A DNA stretch of 64,000 nt. Source: a virus. Lineage: Duplodnaviria; Caudoviricetes. The notes beneath the pieces were generated by a model. The model saw only the letters and a program-made list of their open reading frames with translations. It was not told where the DNA came from and made no database searches. Positions 36,703-46,622 of the stretch are shown here, piece by piece (position 1 is the stretch's first letter; every line of letters starts with the position of its first letter). The stretch lies in IMG/VR virus record IMGVR_UViG_3300017963_000189; one strand, 5' to 3'. The position numbers and the translations under genes are program-made.

Positions 36703-37035
36703 TTAATCCTCTAATTTCAATAAAACACCAGGAGAATTATACCAATTTTCCCCTCTACCCTCTACTTTGACAAGTTCCCCATTTGTATTCGGCAACCAGA
36801 CGTCAGACCCTTTGACATCAGTAAAATAGAGCGCATCAGAATCTGCAGCGGAATATGTAATTGTTATATTACTAAACTTCGCCATGATTTTTCCACCACT
36901 ATATATTACCAATGATCCATCTTCATTAGTAATAGATTCATAATTGGCTTTGTCGTACATCTTCTCACAACTACCACACCCTGTCATTATTGTCGCCAAA
37001 ATAACGATCATAAAGACTTTAAATAAAGTATTCAT
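36703..37035 (-). CDS. putative lipoprotein
   Basis: Start moved to MNTLFK (GAAAGGG RBS); lipobox MTGC. Confidence 0.75.
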   Translation of the reverse strand: MNTLFKVFMIVILATIMTGCGSCEKMYDKANYESITNEDGSLVIYSGGKIMAKFSNITITYSAADSDALYFTDVKGSDVWLPNTNGELVKVEGRGENWYNSPGVLLKLED

Positions 37036-37063
37036 AATAAACCCTTTCTTGATTATATTTATA

Positions 37064-37639
37064 TTATGCGAATAGAATCGCAGCACATAGACCGATGAAA
37101 CCAAAGTAAAATAAAACGTGTCCAACTCGTTCATAATTTTTACTTGAATCATAATTTGAGCCTTCGGCTCTACGATTTATGATTTCATATTCTTTGTCAT
37201 ATGAATTAAATAACTTGCCTTCTTTTTTCAATGTTTTCTTTTTTAAGATTTTGCGGGGAATACAAGTTTTGATATAAGAGTATGTAAATAATAAAGTTCC
37301 AATCAACCAAAGCGGGATTCCAACTAACATTTGTAGGAAATCCGTTCCTATAACTTTCCATGCTAAAATTCCAATGAGAGCCATACCCGGAGTAGATTCA
37401 CCAAATTCAACAGCGTTCCGGTTCAAAGCGTCGAAGATCGCCGTGGCTCCCTCTCCAATTTCTTGACCAATTCCGCCCCATTCTTTAGCAGATTTGACTT
37501 TCTCTTTGACCTCGATTTTAGCTTTTTGATCCGCGTTCAGCATACTTTTTGGAACAGTAACCATTTCAGGTTCCTTTTGTTGTCCAAAAGATACACCAAT
37601 AGCAAGCAATAGAATAAAGACTATAAATAGTTTCTTCAT
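37064..37639 (-). CDS. signal-peptide membrane protein
   Basis: Sec signal plus 2-3 TM segments. Confidence 0.8.
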   Translation of the reverse strand: MKKLFIVFILLLAIGVSFGQQKEPEMVTVPKSMLNADQKAKIEVKEKVKSAKEWGGIGQEIGEGATAIFDALNRNAVEFGESTPGMALIGILAWKVIGTDFLQMLVGIPLWLIGTLLFTYSYIKTCIPRKILKKKTLKKEGKLFNSYDKEYEIINRRAEGSNYDSSKNYERVGHVLFYFGFIGLCAAILFA

Positions 37640-37661
37640 TTTCGTAACCCTTTCTTGTTTG

Positions 37662-38051
37662 TTAGTTTTTTATGTAAAAAATGTTTACACCTATCCATTT
37701 GATTCTTTGTACATCTTTTGTGTCAATTATTTCTTCACCAAAAAAACGTCTTGTTACATTAGACGGTACTAACAATGTATCAGATACACTTTTAGAAATC
37801 ACATCTTCATCGGCATCATACCAATAAAATGTAGTCAAAACTTTGTTATCTACTTCATTTCCTGAGACGTAAACTACCCAACCCATTCTAACATTTACAT
37901 CGTTACTATCCAACATTGTTTGTCTAAACTCCACGATTTCTACTGGCGTCTCTTTGACAACTTGTTTTTTAGCTTGAATAGTTTCAGTAGATTGAGCAAA
38001 AGTTATTGAAGATATTAAAATAACATATAAAATTGTAATCCATTTATTCAT
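37662..38051 (-). CDS. secreted Ig-like beta protein
   Basis: Sec signal ending ITFA; beta-strand pattern. Confidence 0.75.
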   Translation of the reverse strand: MNKWITILYVILISSITFAQSTETIQAKKQVVKETPVEIVEFRQTMLDSNDVNVRMGWVVYVSGNEVDNKVLTTFYWYDADEDVISKSVSDTLLVPSNVTRRFFGEEIIDTKDVQRIKWIGVNIFYIKN

Positions 38052-38073
38052 ATATAACCCTTTCTATTTACGA

Positions 38074-38304
38074 TTAATTTAATTGATTTGATGGTAACTT
38101 TAGATTCTCTACATACTTATTATACGATTCGTCGCCCAAAAAGTTCCTTAAAATTATATTTGCTGCCAAATCACGATGTACATCGTCCATCTTGGATAAA
38201 TCTACATTCGCTGACTCGGCAATCTCAAATAATAAATCCTTTAACTGATGATATTGTTTTATGACCTTTATCCGGTCGTCTGTGATATGTAAAGAACCAC
38301 TCAA
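38074..38304 (-). CDS. hypothetical protein
   Basis: 76 aa in operon. Confidence 0.65.
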   Translation of the reverse strand: MSGSLHITDDRIKVIKQYHQLKDLLFEIAESANVDLSKMDDVHRDLAANIILRNFLGDESYNKYVENLKLPSNQLN

Positions 38305-38523
38305 TTAATTTCCCCTTAACATTTTAAAAAATCCAATAAAAAGCACGATCACTATCATCACGATGATTAGGATCGGCACAAGTATGTGGGCGAGTATAAC
38401 AATCCCATATACTATAAATATAATGATAACAATAAAAAACAATGATAAGATTGTTAAAATGATTGATCCAATAAAAGAACCAAAACTATATACCCATTTA
38501 AATAGTTTATCCATTATCTTCAC
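38305..38523 (-). CDS. very hydrophobic membrane protein
   Basis: Ile-rich, 2 TM. Confidence 0.6.
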   Translation of the reverse strand: MKIMDKLFKWVYSFGSFIGSIILTILSLFFIVIIIFIVYGIVILAHILVPILIIVMIVIVLFIGFFKMLRGN

Positions 38524-38836
38524 TTTCCTTATAATATTTCTTCTCTTTAATGTATTCTTTCGCCCATTCCAAAGCCTCTAACGCGTTACTATATCCGCCC
38601 ACTTCATGTAATATTTGTTGGTAAGATGGTTTTTTCATATCCATTACATGCCATACATTGAATCTCGCTTTATACATAATAATAAGATTCTCAAATTGAT
38701 AACGTTCATCGTTGTTTGTAGGTACGTAATCAGCATGAACCTTTTCACTTCTATCTTTTCGTCTGTCGCCCAAGTAATATGGTTCTTTGCCCTTTCTACG
38801 TTCTTTACCATCCCACTTCTCTACCTTTTTGCCCAT
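38507..38836 (-). CDS. hypothetical protein
   Basis: 109 aa; AAGGAAG RBS. Confidence 0.7.
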   Translation of the reverse strand: MGKKVEKWDGKERRKGKEPYYLGDRRKDRSEKVHADYVPTNNDERYQFENLIIMYKARFNVWHVMDMKKPSYQQILHEVGGYSNALEALEWAKEYIKEKKYYKESEDNG

Positions 38837-38878
38837 TTCACTTCCTTTTGATCTTAATTTTGATTTTTAACTTATATT

Positions 38879-39112
38879 TCATGACATCCATTCTAACTTT
38901 TCTTCCAAAAGTTCTCGCACCCGTTTCCTTGTTTTTTTCAATTCCTTTTCCAACGCAGCAGCATACTCTAACCAAAAGTTCTTTTCCCAAAATAAATGCC
39001 ACTCGGCTTCATTGACCCCAGTAACTCGGCGAGCTTTTGCCGTTCGTTTCCAATGATATTGTAAATATTCATTTTTAGATATTTCTAATATATTATACGC
39101 TGATTCACTCAT
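38879..39112 (-). CDS. hypothetical protein
   Basis: 77 aa; AAGGA RBS. Confidence 0.65.
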   Translation of the reverse strand: MSESAYNILEISKNEYLQYHWKRTAKARRVTGVNEAEWHLFWEKNFWLEYAAALEKELKKTRKRVRELLEEKLEWMS

Positions 39113-39121
39113 TTTTGTTCC

Positions 39122-39424
39122 TTAATCTTCATACTTCCAAACGCCCTTTTCTTCCTTTTTACAAAGTTTCAATCCGGCAGCATTATTGTATACCACGTAT
39201 AACAAATTATCTTCCACAAATGATTCAATACTTTTTGTGTCGCCACTCAAGTTGATATTCTCACTCAAACAAGAGCCCATATGCAATGATCCACACTTGA
39301 GACAATAATAAGTTTTTTGTGTCGTTTGTTCATACACACCTACACCCCGTGTAATGTGTTGAACCATTAACATTTTTTCTTTACAAGTTTTACATTTCAT
39401 CAGCTCACCTGCCAATCGTGACAA
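39122..39424 (-). CDS. zinc-ribbon protein
   Basis: CKTC and CLKC. Confidence 0.65.
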   Translation of the reverse strand: MSRLAGELMKCKTCKEKMLMVQHITRGVGVYEQTTQKTYYCLKCGSLHMGSCLSENINLSGDTKSIESFVEDNLLYVVYNNAAGLKLCKKEEKGVWKYED

Positions 39425-39666
39425 TCTTTACATTCCATAACAATGTTTTTAACCAATTCACCTTTTTCAGGAGTATAACCACTTGGAAGTTTTTCGCCAG
39501 TAGCAAAATGTCCATTGATGATCATTCGTCCACCACAATTCGGACATTCCATACGACCATGAGCACGAAAAGTACCATTAGTTACGCCCTCTTGCGGGAA
39601 TACGGCTAACAATCTAATACCTTGAAAAGTTTTACCAACTACACCATTAAAATCAAAATATTTCAT
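39400..39666 (-). CDS. zinc-ribbon protein
   Basis: CPNC and CKDC; GAAAGGG RBS. Confidence 0.7.
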   Translation of the reverse strand: MKYFDFNGVVGKTFQGIRLLAVFPQEGVTNGTFRAHGRMECPNCGGRMIINGHFATGEKLPSGYTPEKGELVKNIVMECKDCHDWQVS

Positions 39667-39667
39667 T

Positions 39668-40066
39668 TTAAACCCTTTCCGGTTTATAATCTAAAGTTAA
39701 TTGATACCATAATATAATAAATCTTTCGTATATTGTCAAGTCTTTTCTGAAAAATCTTGGAAAACTTCTTGATTTTCTCCAAACAATATGTCTCGGTAAC
39801 TCTTTTGTTTCTTGATGAGCACGAGCGAGATTACACGGCTCACACGATAATACTGTAAAGTTTTTACCTACTTCTTTCTTCGTTTTCTCTCGTTTACCTC
39901 TATACTTCCCATTTTTAACTTTTGAATATAGATGCTCTAATGTCGTTTCTTCCCACTCTAATTTCTTACCACAATAATGACAATGCGGAAATTGTCGCCA
40001 GAGATTGTATCTCCGGCGACCATTTGAATTTTTGGGTTTAACTATTTTATCTATTTTAGTGACCAT
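39668..40066 (-). CDS. HNH endonuclease
   Basis: CHYCG...TLEHL...N..LSCEPCNLAR; start moved to MVTK. Confidence 0.8.
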   Translation of the reverse strand: MVTKIDKIVKPKNSNGRRRYNLWRQFPHCHYCGKKLEWEETTLEHLYSKVKNGKYRGKREKTKKEVGKNFTVLSCEPCNLARAHQETKELPRHIVWRKSRSFPRFFRKDLTIYERFIILWYQLTLDYKPERV

Positions 40067-40664
40067 AACCAAAACTTGTTTGATATTGTGGGCGACCATT
40101 CCATTTACTCGCACCAGAATAACTTGTAAGACTTACCCAACCATCTTCCGAAGCCACTCTTTTTAGCATAATCTTTCCACTTCTATAAGAAGTATCAGGA
40201 ACGACACTCGACCCACCAGGACCATTATCCTCAATAAGTCTTTGACCAATCTTTTCAATCCGAACACTCTTGTTAGTAACTCCAACTACTTCATAAAAAT
40301 CAACGTTAGTTTGATCATAACCCCAACTTGAAGTAAGAATATCACCAACTTGATAAGGATTTTGAAGATTTTGACGGGCTTTCTTCCGCTCAGCTTTACG
40401 TTTTTCTTCGTTGTCCATTGAAGTCTTGAACTTATCAATAGCGTCTTGACGACTGGCTTCAGTTACATAATAGTAATAAGATTTAGCTTTACCAGATTCA
40501 CCTTTATACACACGAAGAACAGGTTTACCCTTTTCATTCGTCCAAGTCTGAAATTCATATTTCTTATAAGTTTCTACTTTAAAATCAGCAGAACGTTCGG
40601 CTTGTTTCTTAGTATCGTATTCTCTCATACCTTTCCAAAACTTTTGTCCACGTCCATAACTCAT
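40056..40664 (-). CDS. conserved phage early protein
   Basis: GDILTSSWGYDQTNVDFYEVV; first gene after P13. Confidence 0.8.
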   Translation of the reverse strand: MSYGRGQKFWKGMREYDTKKQAERSADFKVETYKKYEFQTWTNEKGKPVLRVYKGESGKAKSYYYYVTEASRQDAIDKFKTSMDNEEKRKAERKKARQNLQNPYQVGDILTSSWGYDQTNVDFYEVVGVTNKSVRIEKIGQRLIEDNGPGGSSVVPDTSYRSGKIMLKRVASEDGWVSLTSYSGASKWNGRPQYQTSFGYGH

Positions 40665-40708
40665 TTTATTTCTCCTTTTGGTTAGTTGTTCTCTCAATCA
40701 ACACTATA

Positions 40709-40747
40709 AATATACGAAATTTCTGGTTACTTGTCAACTGTTTTCTG
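40709..40747 (-). promoter_or_regulatory. sigma70-type phage promoter P13
   Basis: CAGAAAACAG-TTGACA-17bp-TATATT. Confidence 0.85.
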
Positions 40748-40920
40748 GTTTTTCTGTTAAAAATATTTTTTATAAATGTGATGAGCATAATTGTAAAGAG
40801 CGGGATCACGTCTTGACATTTCTTCTCTATTATGAAGATACCACTCCATTACCCAACGTTCGCAGATTCCTTTGAATTGTAAATAACTCATTAAATCCCC
40901 GTCCATAACCTTTCCCTTTC

Positions 40921-41178
40921 TTATAATTCAATTACATCCATATCAACTACATACAAATCTTCATCTACGGTGTCGCCCAAATCGTGTACCGCATATAACT
41001 CTACTATCGGGAACGCTTCAGTAAAAGTCCTAAGAAGATTATTGTAATCTTGTGAAGTCATTTTTCTAATGAGTTTGTCAGCTTTTTCTTCGTCTTGTTC
41101 TAATTGTTTGACCAAACCCAAAATATAATAGGCATTACCTTTCGGCCCACCAATATTTAATCTTACTTTTCTTGACAT
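40921..41178 (-). CDS. conserved phage protein
   Basis: GGPKGNAYYILG; first gene after P14. Confidence 0.75.
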   Translation of the reverse strand: MSRKVRLNIGGPKGNAYYILGLVKQLEQDEEKADKLIRKMTSQDYNNLLRTFTEAFPIVELYAVHDLGDTVDEDLYVVDMDVIEL

Positions 41179-41206
41179 TTCTATCCTTCCTTTTTTAATG
41201 TACTAC

Positions 41207-41245
41207 AATATACGAAAATGAAAGATGTTTGTCAACTGTTTTCTG
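41207..41245 (-). promoter_or_regulatory. sigma70-type phage promoter P14
   Basis: CAGAAAACAG-TTGACA-17bp-TATATT. Confidence 0.85.
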
Positions 41246-41251
41246 ATATTT

Positions 41252-42016
41252 TTATAATAAATCTGGACGGTATTTTTCCATAAGATTACGAGACGCTGCA
41301 ATTATTTCATCTTCAACAAAATAACGATTGTAAACTATTATCTTCTCGATGTAACCGTGAAAATCCATATCATCACGATCAATTTGCCAATTACCAATGA
41401 TTAACGGGTCAGCCACAACAGGCGCGATAGTTAATGGATCAACAGGATTGTATACTGTGTTATCACAATTAACTCCATTGACATAAAATATTGATGAAGA
41501 TTGATGGTATCTCCAGTCAGGAACTGACCAACACGCTACATAAGTTGTATCTACTGTTTGAACCGCATTTGTAGTTCCAACTCTACCACCTGGCTGCCAA
41601 TGATCAGTAGCTATATCATAATTATTCCCATATGAAAAGAAACACATTCCATCATAACCGTCAGATGGATTTTGACTTACTAATGTAGCAAATGTACTAT
41701 GTGTCGATTGTTCAAATACGGCGAATACTGTAATAGGAAATTGAGCTAACCCCGAAAATACACTATTATTTTGTGTTTGAAAATAATCATGAACATGAGC
41801 ATTAGGATAATTAAAAGCTAATGCGGGACGACCCGCAGTATTTATGGAAGCTGATGGAGCATTAGTAGAAATACAATGATTTTGTTGTTGACTTAAATCT
41901 TCCCATGTACCATTAAGTCCTGTATAAACATAATTTTCAGCATCCAAGTGTAAAACACAATTAGGATCGGTTGATTTAAAGTTACTCCACAATGGAGCTC
42001 CACTACGAACGGTCAT
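41252..42016 (-). CDS. LamG/ConA-like jelly-roll protein (array member 6)
   Basis: VLHLDA...WEDLS...LIIG....F.G.I..I.VYNR. Confidence 0.8.
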   Translation of the reverse strand: MTVRSGAPLWSNFKSTDPNCVLHLDAENYVYTGLNGTWEDLSQQQNHCISTNAPSASINTAGRPALAFNYPNAHVHDYFQTQNNSVFSGLAQFPITVFAVFEQSTHSTFATLVSQNPSDGYDGMCFFSYGNNYDIATDHWQPGGRVGTTNAVQTVDTTYVACWSVPDWRYHQSSSIFYVNGVNCDNTVYNPVDPLTIAPVVADPLIIGNWQIDRDDMDFHGYIEKIIVYNRYFVEDEIIAASRNLMEKYRPDLL

Positions 42017-42684
42017 ATTTTATACCTCGATCTAAACGCTTCATGAATTCTTTTAATTTCACCTAATGTAAGTTGTCTATTATATAAAAGAGCTTGAGAT
42101 ACCCAACCCCACGGTTGAGAAAGTGCACTATAATTTCCTATTCTATCATGTGATTGTCCGGTAGCATTTCTGGCTACACTACCAACAAAATCACCATTGA
42201 TATAATAATCTGTTGTGTCGCCATCATAGGCATTAGCACAAATAGAAAACCAAGTCTCAGCATGTGGCGAAATATCATAACCAGACGACAACCAACCGCC
42301 ACCATCATTATCATAAAATCCCAATTCATTTGTTGATGTTTGAATAAGAATCATATGATCCTCAGGAGTTCCGCGAAAAAGAGTTCTCCAAGTACCATGA
42401 TCAGCCATCATTTTTGTGAATCCATAATAACAATAATCGTCGCCTAAAGATGATTGAATAGTAGCTGCTGCAGTTATAATATCACTTCCAGAACATTCTA
42501 TTGTAGGTATTCCATCTTCATATACAAATCCTGTACCTGTTATCGTATGAACGCCAATATTTGTCCTATCTCGTGATACATTATAAATACTCGTACCACT
42601 TCCCGGATAACTCACAGTATTGAATACATCAAGATTGATTTCCAATCCGTTTGTAGGTATTTCGGGATTTCCAAACGCACTCAT
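42013..42684 (-). CDS. LamG-like protein (member 5)
   Basis: GLEINLD...SYPGSG...YING...RIG...LYNRQLT. Confidence 0.8.
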   Translation of the reverse strand: MSAFGNPEIPTNGLEINLDVFNTVSYPGSGTSIYNVSRDRTNIGVHTITGTGFVYEDGIPTIECSGSDIITAAATIQSSLGDDYCYYGFTKMMADHGTWRTLFRGTPEDHMILIQTSTNELGFYDNDGGGWLSSGYDISPHAETWFSICANAYDGDTTDYYINGDFVGSVARNATGQSHDRIGNYSALSQPWGWVSQALLYNRQLTLGEIKRIHEAFRSRYKI

Positions 42685-43403
42685 ACTCCGTACCTCACTC
42701 GTTTGGATTGAAAGTTTTGTAATATTTCAACATCAGTCAATACCCTATCATAAAATGCTATAAATCCAATGTCAACTGGTGCATAATAAGAATCTCTATC
42801 ATATGATATTCTACCTATCGCCATTCCTTCCGAACCGATTGTCGGATCACCTGCACCACCACGTAATACCGTTAAATCATCACCGGTATATTGTCTATCA
42901 TTCACCCAAATAGCACAAGATGTGGTTGTAAAAGCTCCTGAAGTTTTAGTCCAATGAACCAAAACCCAATTATTTAATGGATATTGCACTTCCGTAGAAT
43001 ATGTAGATGTTCCCCACAAATCCATTGTTATTCTATTATTATCACCTGCATTATAATTCCAATTCCCAATACCATCTAATGTAGTATCGTCGCCAAATCC
43101 CCAAAATCCTGCGGATAAAAAATCATCAGTTCTATAAAATGCTCCAAATACAGTAAAATTAGGATCACCTTGTAAAGTTGTAGGAGTTGTTATTCGATTA
43201 GCATAATCACTTGAACCATTGAATTGTATTCTCTGTGTCGCCCCACTTCCTGCTAAACCTGCTCCACCATAATTTAAAAAATCTCCACTTCCTGCTAAAT
43301 TCTTAATGGTAGCTCCACTCGTGTAACTCTTTGGATTTGCTCCATCAACCAATACTAAAAGATTTTCCTTAGCAGTTAAATGTCCGCCTGTGTTAAATGC
43401 CAT
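42681..43403 (-). CDS. LamG-like protein (member 4)
   Basis: LLVLVDGANPKSY...FNGSSDY...IG...FYDRVLT. Confidence 0.8.
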   Translation of the reverse strand: MAFNTGGHLTAKENLLVLVDGANPKSYTSGATIKNLAGSGDFLNYGGAGLAGSGATQRIQFNGSSDYANRITTPTTLQGDPNFTVFGAFYRTDDFLSAGFWGFGDDTTLDGIGNWNYNAGDNNRITMDLWGTSTYSTEVQYPLNNWVLVHWTKTSGAFTTTSCAIWVNDRQYTGDDLTVLRGGAGDPTIGSEGMAIGRISYDRDSYYAPVDIGFIAFYDRVLTDVEILQNFQSKRVRYGV

Positions 43404-43405
43404 AT

Positions 43406-44146
43406 CTAAACTCCAAATCTCGCTCTAAATGAATTGAAATATCGTAAAACTTCATCACCAGAAAGTTCCCGATTGTATATTGAACACATATAATAATTTC
43501 CAGCCAATTCTTGAACACCATCACGACTACCAATAGTAAAATGTGTGCCGACATCTACCATTGTAGCATCCAATGTTCCATATGTAGTAGCATCATAAGT
43601 ATCGGCTACAACACCATCAAGATATGAAGTTATTCCTGTCGCAACGGCTGAACCATCATAAGTTGTACAAGCCATATGAATACCATCATTTATATCAGTT
43701 CTACCTGTCCAAGTTCCACGGCGTCTAACAGCTTTTACACTCCATTGATTTATATCATGTTCACCTACACTACCACCAGGATTTGAAGTTGTCCACAAAT
43801 CCCAACCACGCCAATAACCCGCTCCAGCTTTATCTTGCGCCATTTTCGACATCCACGCACCAGTTTCATCCGATGGAATGTTAGCAACGCAAATTAATGT
43901 CTTTGGATCATCATATTCAAAATCTAATAATGTCGCATCTGAACCGGAAATATACAATTCATTAAAAGTTGTCGTTGTAAAAAATCCTGCAGAATCCCAT
44001 GTCGCACCATTTATAGTAACATTAAGTTCATTACCGGACAAATCATACCATATATTACCACTTCCCGGATAACTTTTAGGATTTCCGGCATCTACATGAA
44101 ATATAAGTCCGTCTCTCGGTATTCTCGGCCCAAATCCAAATGTCAT
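43406..44146 (-). CDS. LamG-like protein (member 3)
   Basis: DGLIFHVDAGNPKSYPGSG.IWYDLSGN...YLDG...IYNRELS...RARFGV. Confidence 0.85.
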   Translation of the reverse strand: MTFGFGPRIPRDGLIFHVDAGNPKSYPGSGNIWYDLSGNELNVTINGATWDSAGFFTTTTFNELYISGSDATLLDFEYDDPKTLICVANIPSDETGAWMSKMAQDKAGAGYWRGWDLWTTSNPGGSVGEHDINQWSVKAVRRRGTWTGRTDINDGIHMACTTYDGSAVATGITSYLDGVVADTYDATTYGTLDATMVDVGTHFTIGSRDGVQELAGNYYMCSIYNRELSGDEVLRYFNSFRARFGV

Positions 44147-44883
44147 ACTCCAAACCTCGCTCTCTCAGCATTAAAATTTTCTTCCATTTCATAAGCTGTT
44201 AATTCTCTATTATACGCTCTAACGATTGACACATAATTACCAGCTTCAAAACAATCATACGGTGGATTGGCTGCATAACCCCTTCCAATTCTTATTTGAT
44301 TTGGAGTTGGTGTAATAGCATCCCCATCAGTTTCTGTGTCTACAGAAAGTGCAGCTACTTGTCCATTAATATAACCAATACCATTTTTAAATCCAGCATC
44401 ACCGGTATCTCTTGTCATTCCAAACTGTATCCATTGTGATTGCGGAAGAAGCATTCTATGATAATCATAAGATGGACGGCAATAAAACCAACTCATATCT
44501 TCATCTGTTTCATACGTCATAGCAATTTCTTGATAATACGAAGCATAATCAGTTCCAAGTTTTTCAAAGAATGTAGTACGTGTAGCAGTGCCACCAAAAT
44601 ATACCCAAAATTCAAGTGTCATTGGCCCTGATAAATCTAAATTAGCTCCATTATCATGAGCAAAACATTTTTGTTCATTATATTGAAAACACTGAACTCC
44701 ATTTAACGTTTCAAATGTTAAATCATTGGTTGCAGCAGCTGCTCCAGATTGATAAAAATCAACATTATTTCCACTCAAATCTTTCCACAATGAACTACCA
44801 CTAACATAACTTTTTGGATTTCCGGCGTCCAAATTAAGAATAAGACTTTCTCTTGAGTTTCCTCTACCTATACTCATTGTCAT
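44143..44883 (-). CDS. LamG-like protein (member 2)
   Basis: LILNLDAGNPKSY..G...WKDLSGN...TLEFWV...YING...YNRELT...RARFGV. Confidence 0.85.
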   Translation of the reverse strand: MTMSIGRGNSRESLILNLDAGNPKSYVSGSSLWKDLSGNNVDFYQSGAAAATNDLTFETLNGVQCFQYNEQKCFAHDNGANLDLSGPMTLEFWVYFGGTATRTTFFEKLGTDYASYYQEIAMTYETDEDMSWFYCRPSYDYHRMLLPQSQWIQFGMTRDTGDAGFKNGIGYINGQVAALSVDTETDGDAITPTPNQIRIGRGYAANPPYDCFEAGNYVSIVRAYNRELTAYEMEENFNAERARFGV

Positions 44884-45641
44884 ACGCCAAACCTCGCTCT
44901 ATTCATATGAAAATTATTCAATACTTGTTCATAAGTTAATACTACATCATATATTCGTACTATCGCTATTGACATATCAAAAATCATATGTGTTGCATAC
45001 CACGGCCCCATATTACCTATCGTAATTCTATTACAATCCCGTACACCACCAGCAACCACAGTAGTATCAATATTATTACCATTCCACCAAACATTCCCCG
45101 TACTACCATCGTGAGTAACAACCCAATGATACCAATTTCCAATAACAGGAACAGCAGTTACGCTATCATATTGATATATTCTATTTGTCGAACTTGTTCC
45201 AGGTCCCTCATTTGTCCAAGCCCGAATTGACCGATCAGGTTCTACATTTAAAGCATGACCATCATACGGATCAGATGACGTTTGATCTTCATTTATATCT
45301 TGCCACAATTCGATCACTCTTGGATTATTACCTAATTGATTATCAGCATCTAACCTAAACCAAGCTTCCATTGTGATTGTGTCATTTGGAAATGATAGTG
45401 ATGCCGTGGCAACCAATCCACTTATATTAGCAACAGTAAACTTAAAACATCCACCGGCGTCAGAAGATAAAACAGGAAAAGTTGTGTCACCATCAGCGGC
45501 ATCCTTAAATGCCGTAGAACGTACTTCACCAATAATATCATCCCAATAAGCACTACCAGTTAAATGACTTTTTTTGTTGCTCGCGTCCGCATAAAAAATC
45601 AATCCATCTGTAATTATGTCGCCTCCAATCTTCATTCCCAT
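44880..45641 (-). CDS. LamG-like protein (member 1)
   Basis: IITDGLIFYADASN.KS...TMEAWF...WYHWVVTHDG...IYDVVLT...RARFGV. Confidence 0.85.
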   Translation of the reverse strand: MGMKIGGDIITDGLIFYADASNKKSHLTGSAYWDDIIGEVRSTAFKDAADGDTTFPVLSSDAGGCFKFTVANISGLVATASLSFPNDTITMEAWFRLDADNQLGNNPRVIELWQDINEDQTSSDPYDGHALNVEPDRSIRAWTNEGPGTSSTNRIYQYDSVTAVPVIGNWYHWVVTHDGSTGNVWWNGNNIDTTVVAGGVRDCNRITIGNMGPWYATHMIFDMSIAIVRIYDVVLTYEQVLNNFHMNRARFGV

Positions 45642-46031
45642 TTATTTTCCCCAAATATTAGCATACTTGTTCTCATATAAATAGTCTCCAAGATGAATAT
45701 CATCAACCCATATTTCTGCTAAGTATCGGCTAAATGAACCTTTCTTTACTGATCGTATAATAACCTCTTTCCCTTCCATCATATCAACCACTTTTTGTTT
45801 TACCCTTAATCCTTCCTCTCGTTCCTCGCCTCGAACCTCTGGCGTGTTGTAATAAAATAACCTAAATCTTATCAATGAATATTGATCAAATCCTAAACTA
45901 ACTAAAATGTCATACGTGTCGCCATCAACTACATATGTCACTAAACCTTTATAATAATACAACTTATCTTCATTCTTTATATTACTTTGTTTCTTAAATG
46001 AAGCCAACGCTTCCTTAATCTTCTCTAACAT
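45642..46031 (-). CDS. SNase (thermonuclease)-like nuclease
   Basis: VVDGDT.D..V.LGF......FRL...NTPE.RG...RYLAEI. Confidence 0.8.
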   Translation of the reverse strand: MLEKIKEALASFKKQSNIKNEDKLYYYKGLVTYVVDGDTYDILVSLGFDQYSLIRFRLFYYNTPEVRGEEREEGLRVKQKVVDMMEGKEVIIRSVKKGSFSRYLAEIWVDDIHLGDYLYENKYANIWGK

Positions 46032-46041
46032 TCTTTCTCTC

Positions 46042-46551
46042 CTACTTAAAAATTATCTCGTCTAATATTTCACCAGTAACTGGATCTGTAATGTACTCTT
46101 TTCTTCTACCCATTAAATTACCACCTGTAAGATATGAACAATTATAACATAACAATGATAAATTTTCTTTCTTATAATTCGTTCTATCGCCATCTTCATA
46201 AGCCAATAATAATGGGGCTTTTCCATCGGTGATCCTCTTTTCGTCGAATCCACATAAACTACACTTTTCTTCGCCAAGTACCATTTCTTGAATGATTTGA
46301 TCCCTTAACCTTGTTGGATTTAATTTCTTCCCATTAAACTTACCCGCTAAAACATCCTTTAATTCACGGCGTACTCCTTGGCGCATCTTCGGAATTCCCC
46401 TTCCAGACGGATTCTTACCACCCTGAATCCATACATCATATAACTTTGCATACTTCTTGAATGTGTTGTATGAAATGTTTAAATAGCGAGCAGCTTCGCG
46501 GAATGAGCGGGTTTTGTCTATCGCGGCTTTGAGTTGTCGTTCTTCAATCAT
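46042..46551 (-). CDS. HTH + degenerate HNH-fold protein (probable DNA-binding regulator)
   Basis: SFREAARYLNISYNTFKK; CSLC...LLLAYEDGDRTN...ENL.LLCYNC lacks the HNH histidines. Confidence 0.7.
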   Translation of the reverse strand: MIEERQLKAAIDKTRSFREAARYLNISYNTFKKYAKLYDVWIQGGKNPSGRGIPKMRQGVRRELKDVLAGKFNGKKLNPTRLRDQIIQEMVLGEEKCSLCGFDEKRITDGKAPLLLAYEDGDRTNYKKENLSLLCYNCSYLTGGNLMGRRKEYITDPVTGEILDEIIFK

Positions 46552-46622
46552 GGTTTATCTCCTTGTTTTTATATAAATATAAGGAAATAAAATTCTTGAT
46601 ATACTTTTGAAGTTGATATACA

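Noticed and set aside
41252-45641. Diversity-generating retroelement acting on the LamG genes
   Set aside because: No reverse transcriptase and no near-identical TR/VR pair with adenine-specific differences; the paralogs are deeply diverged.
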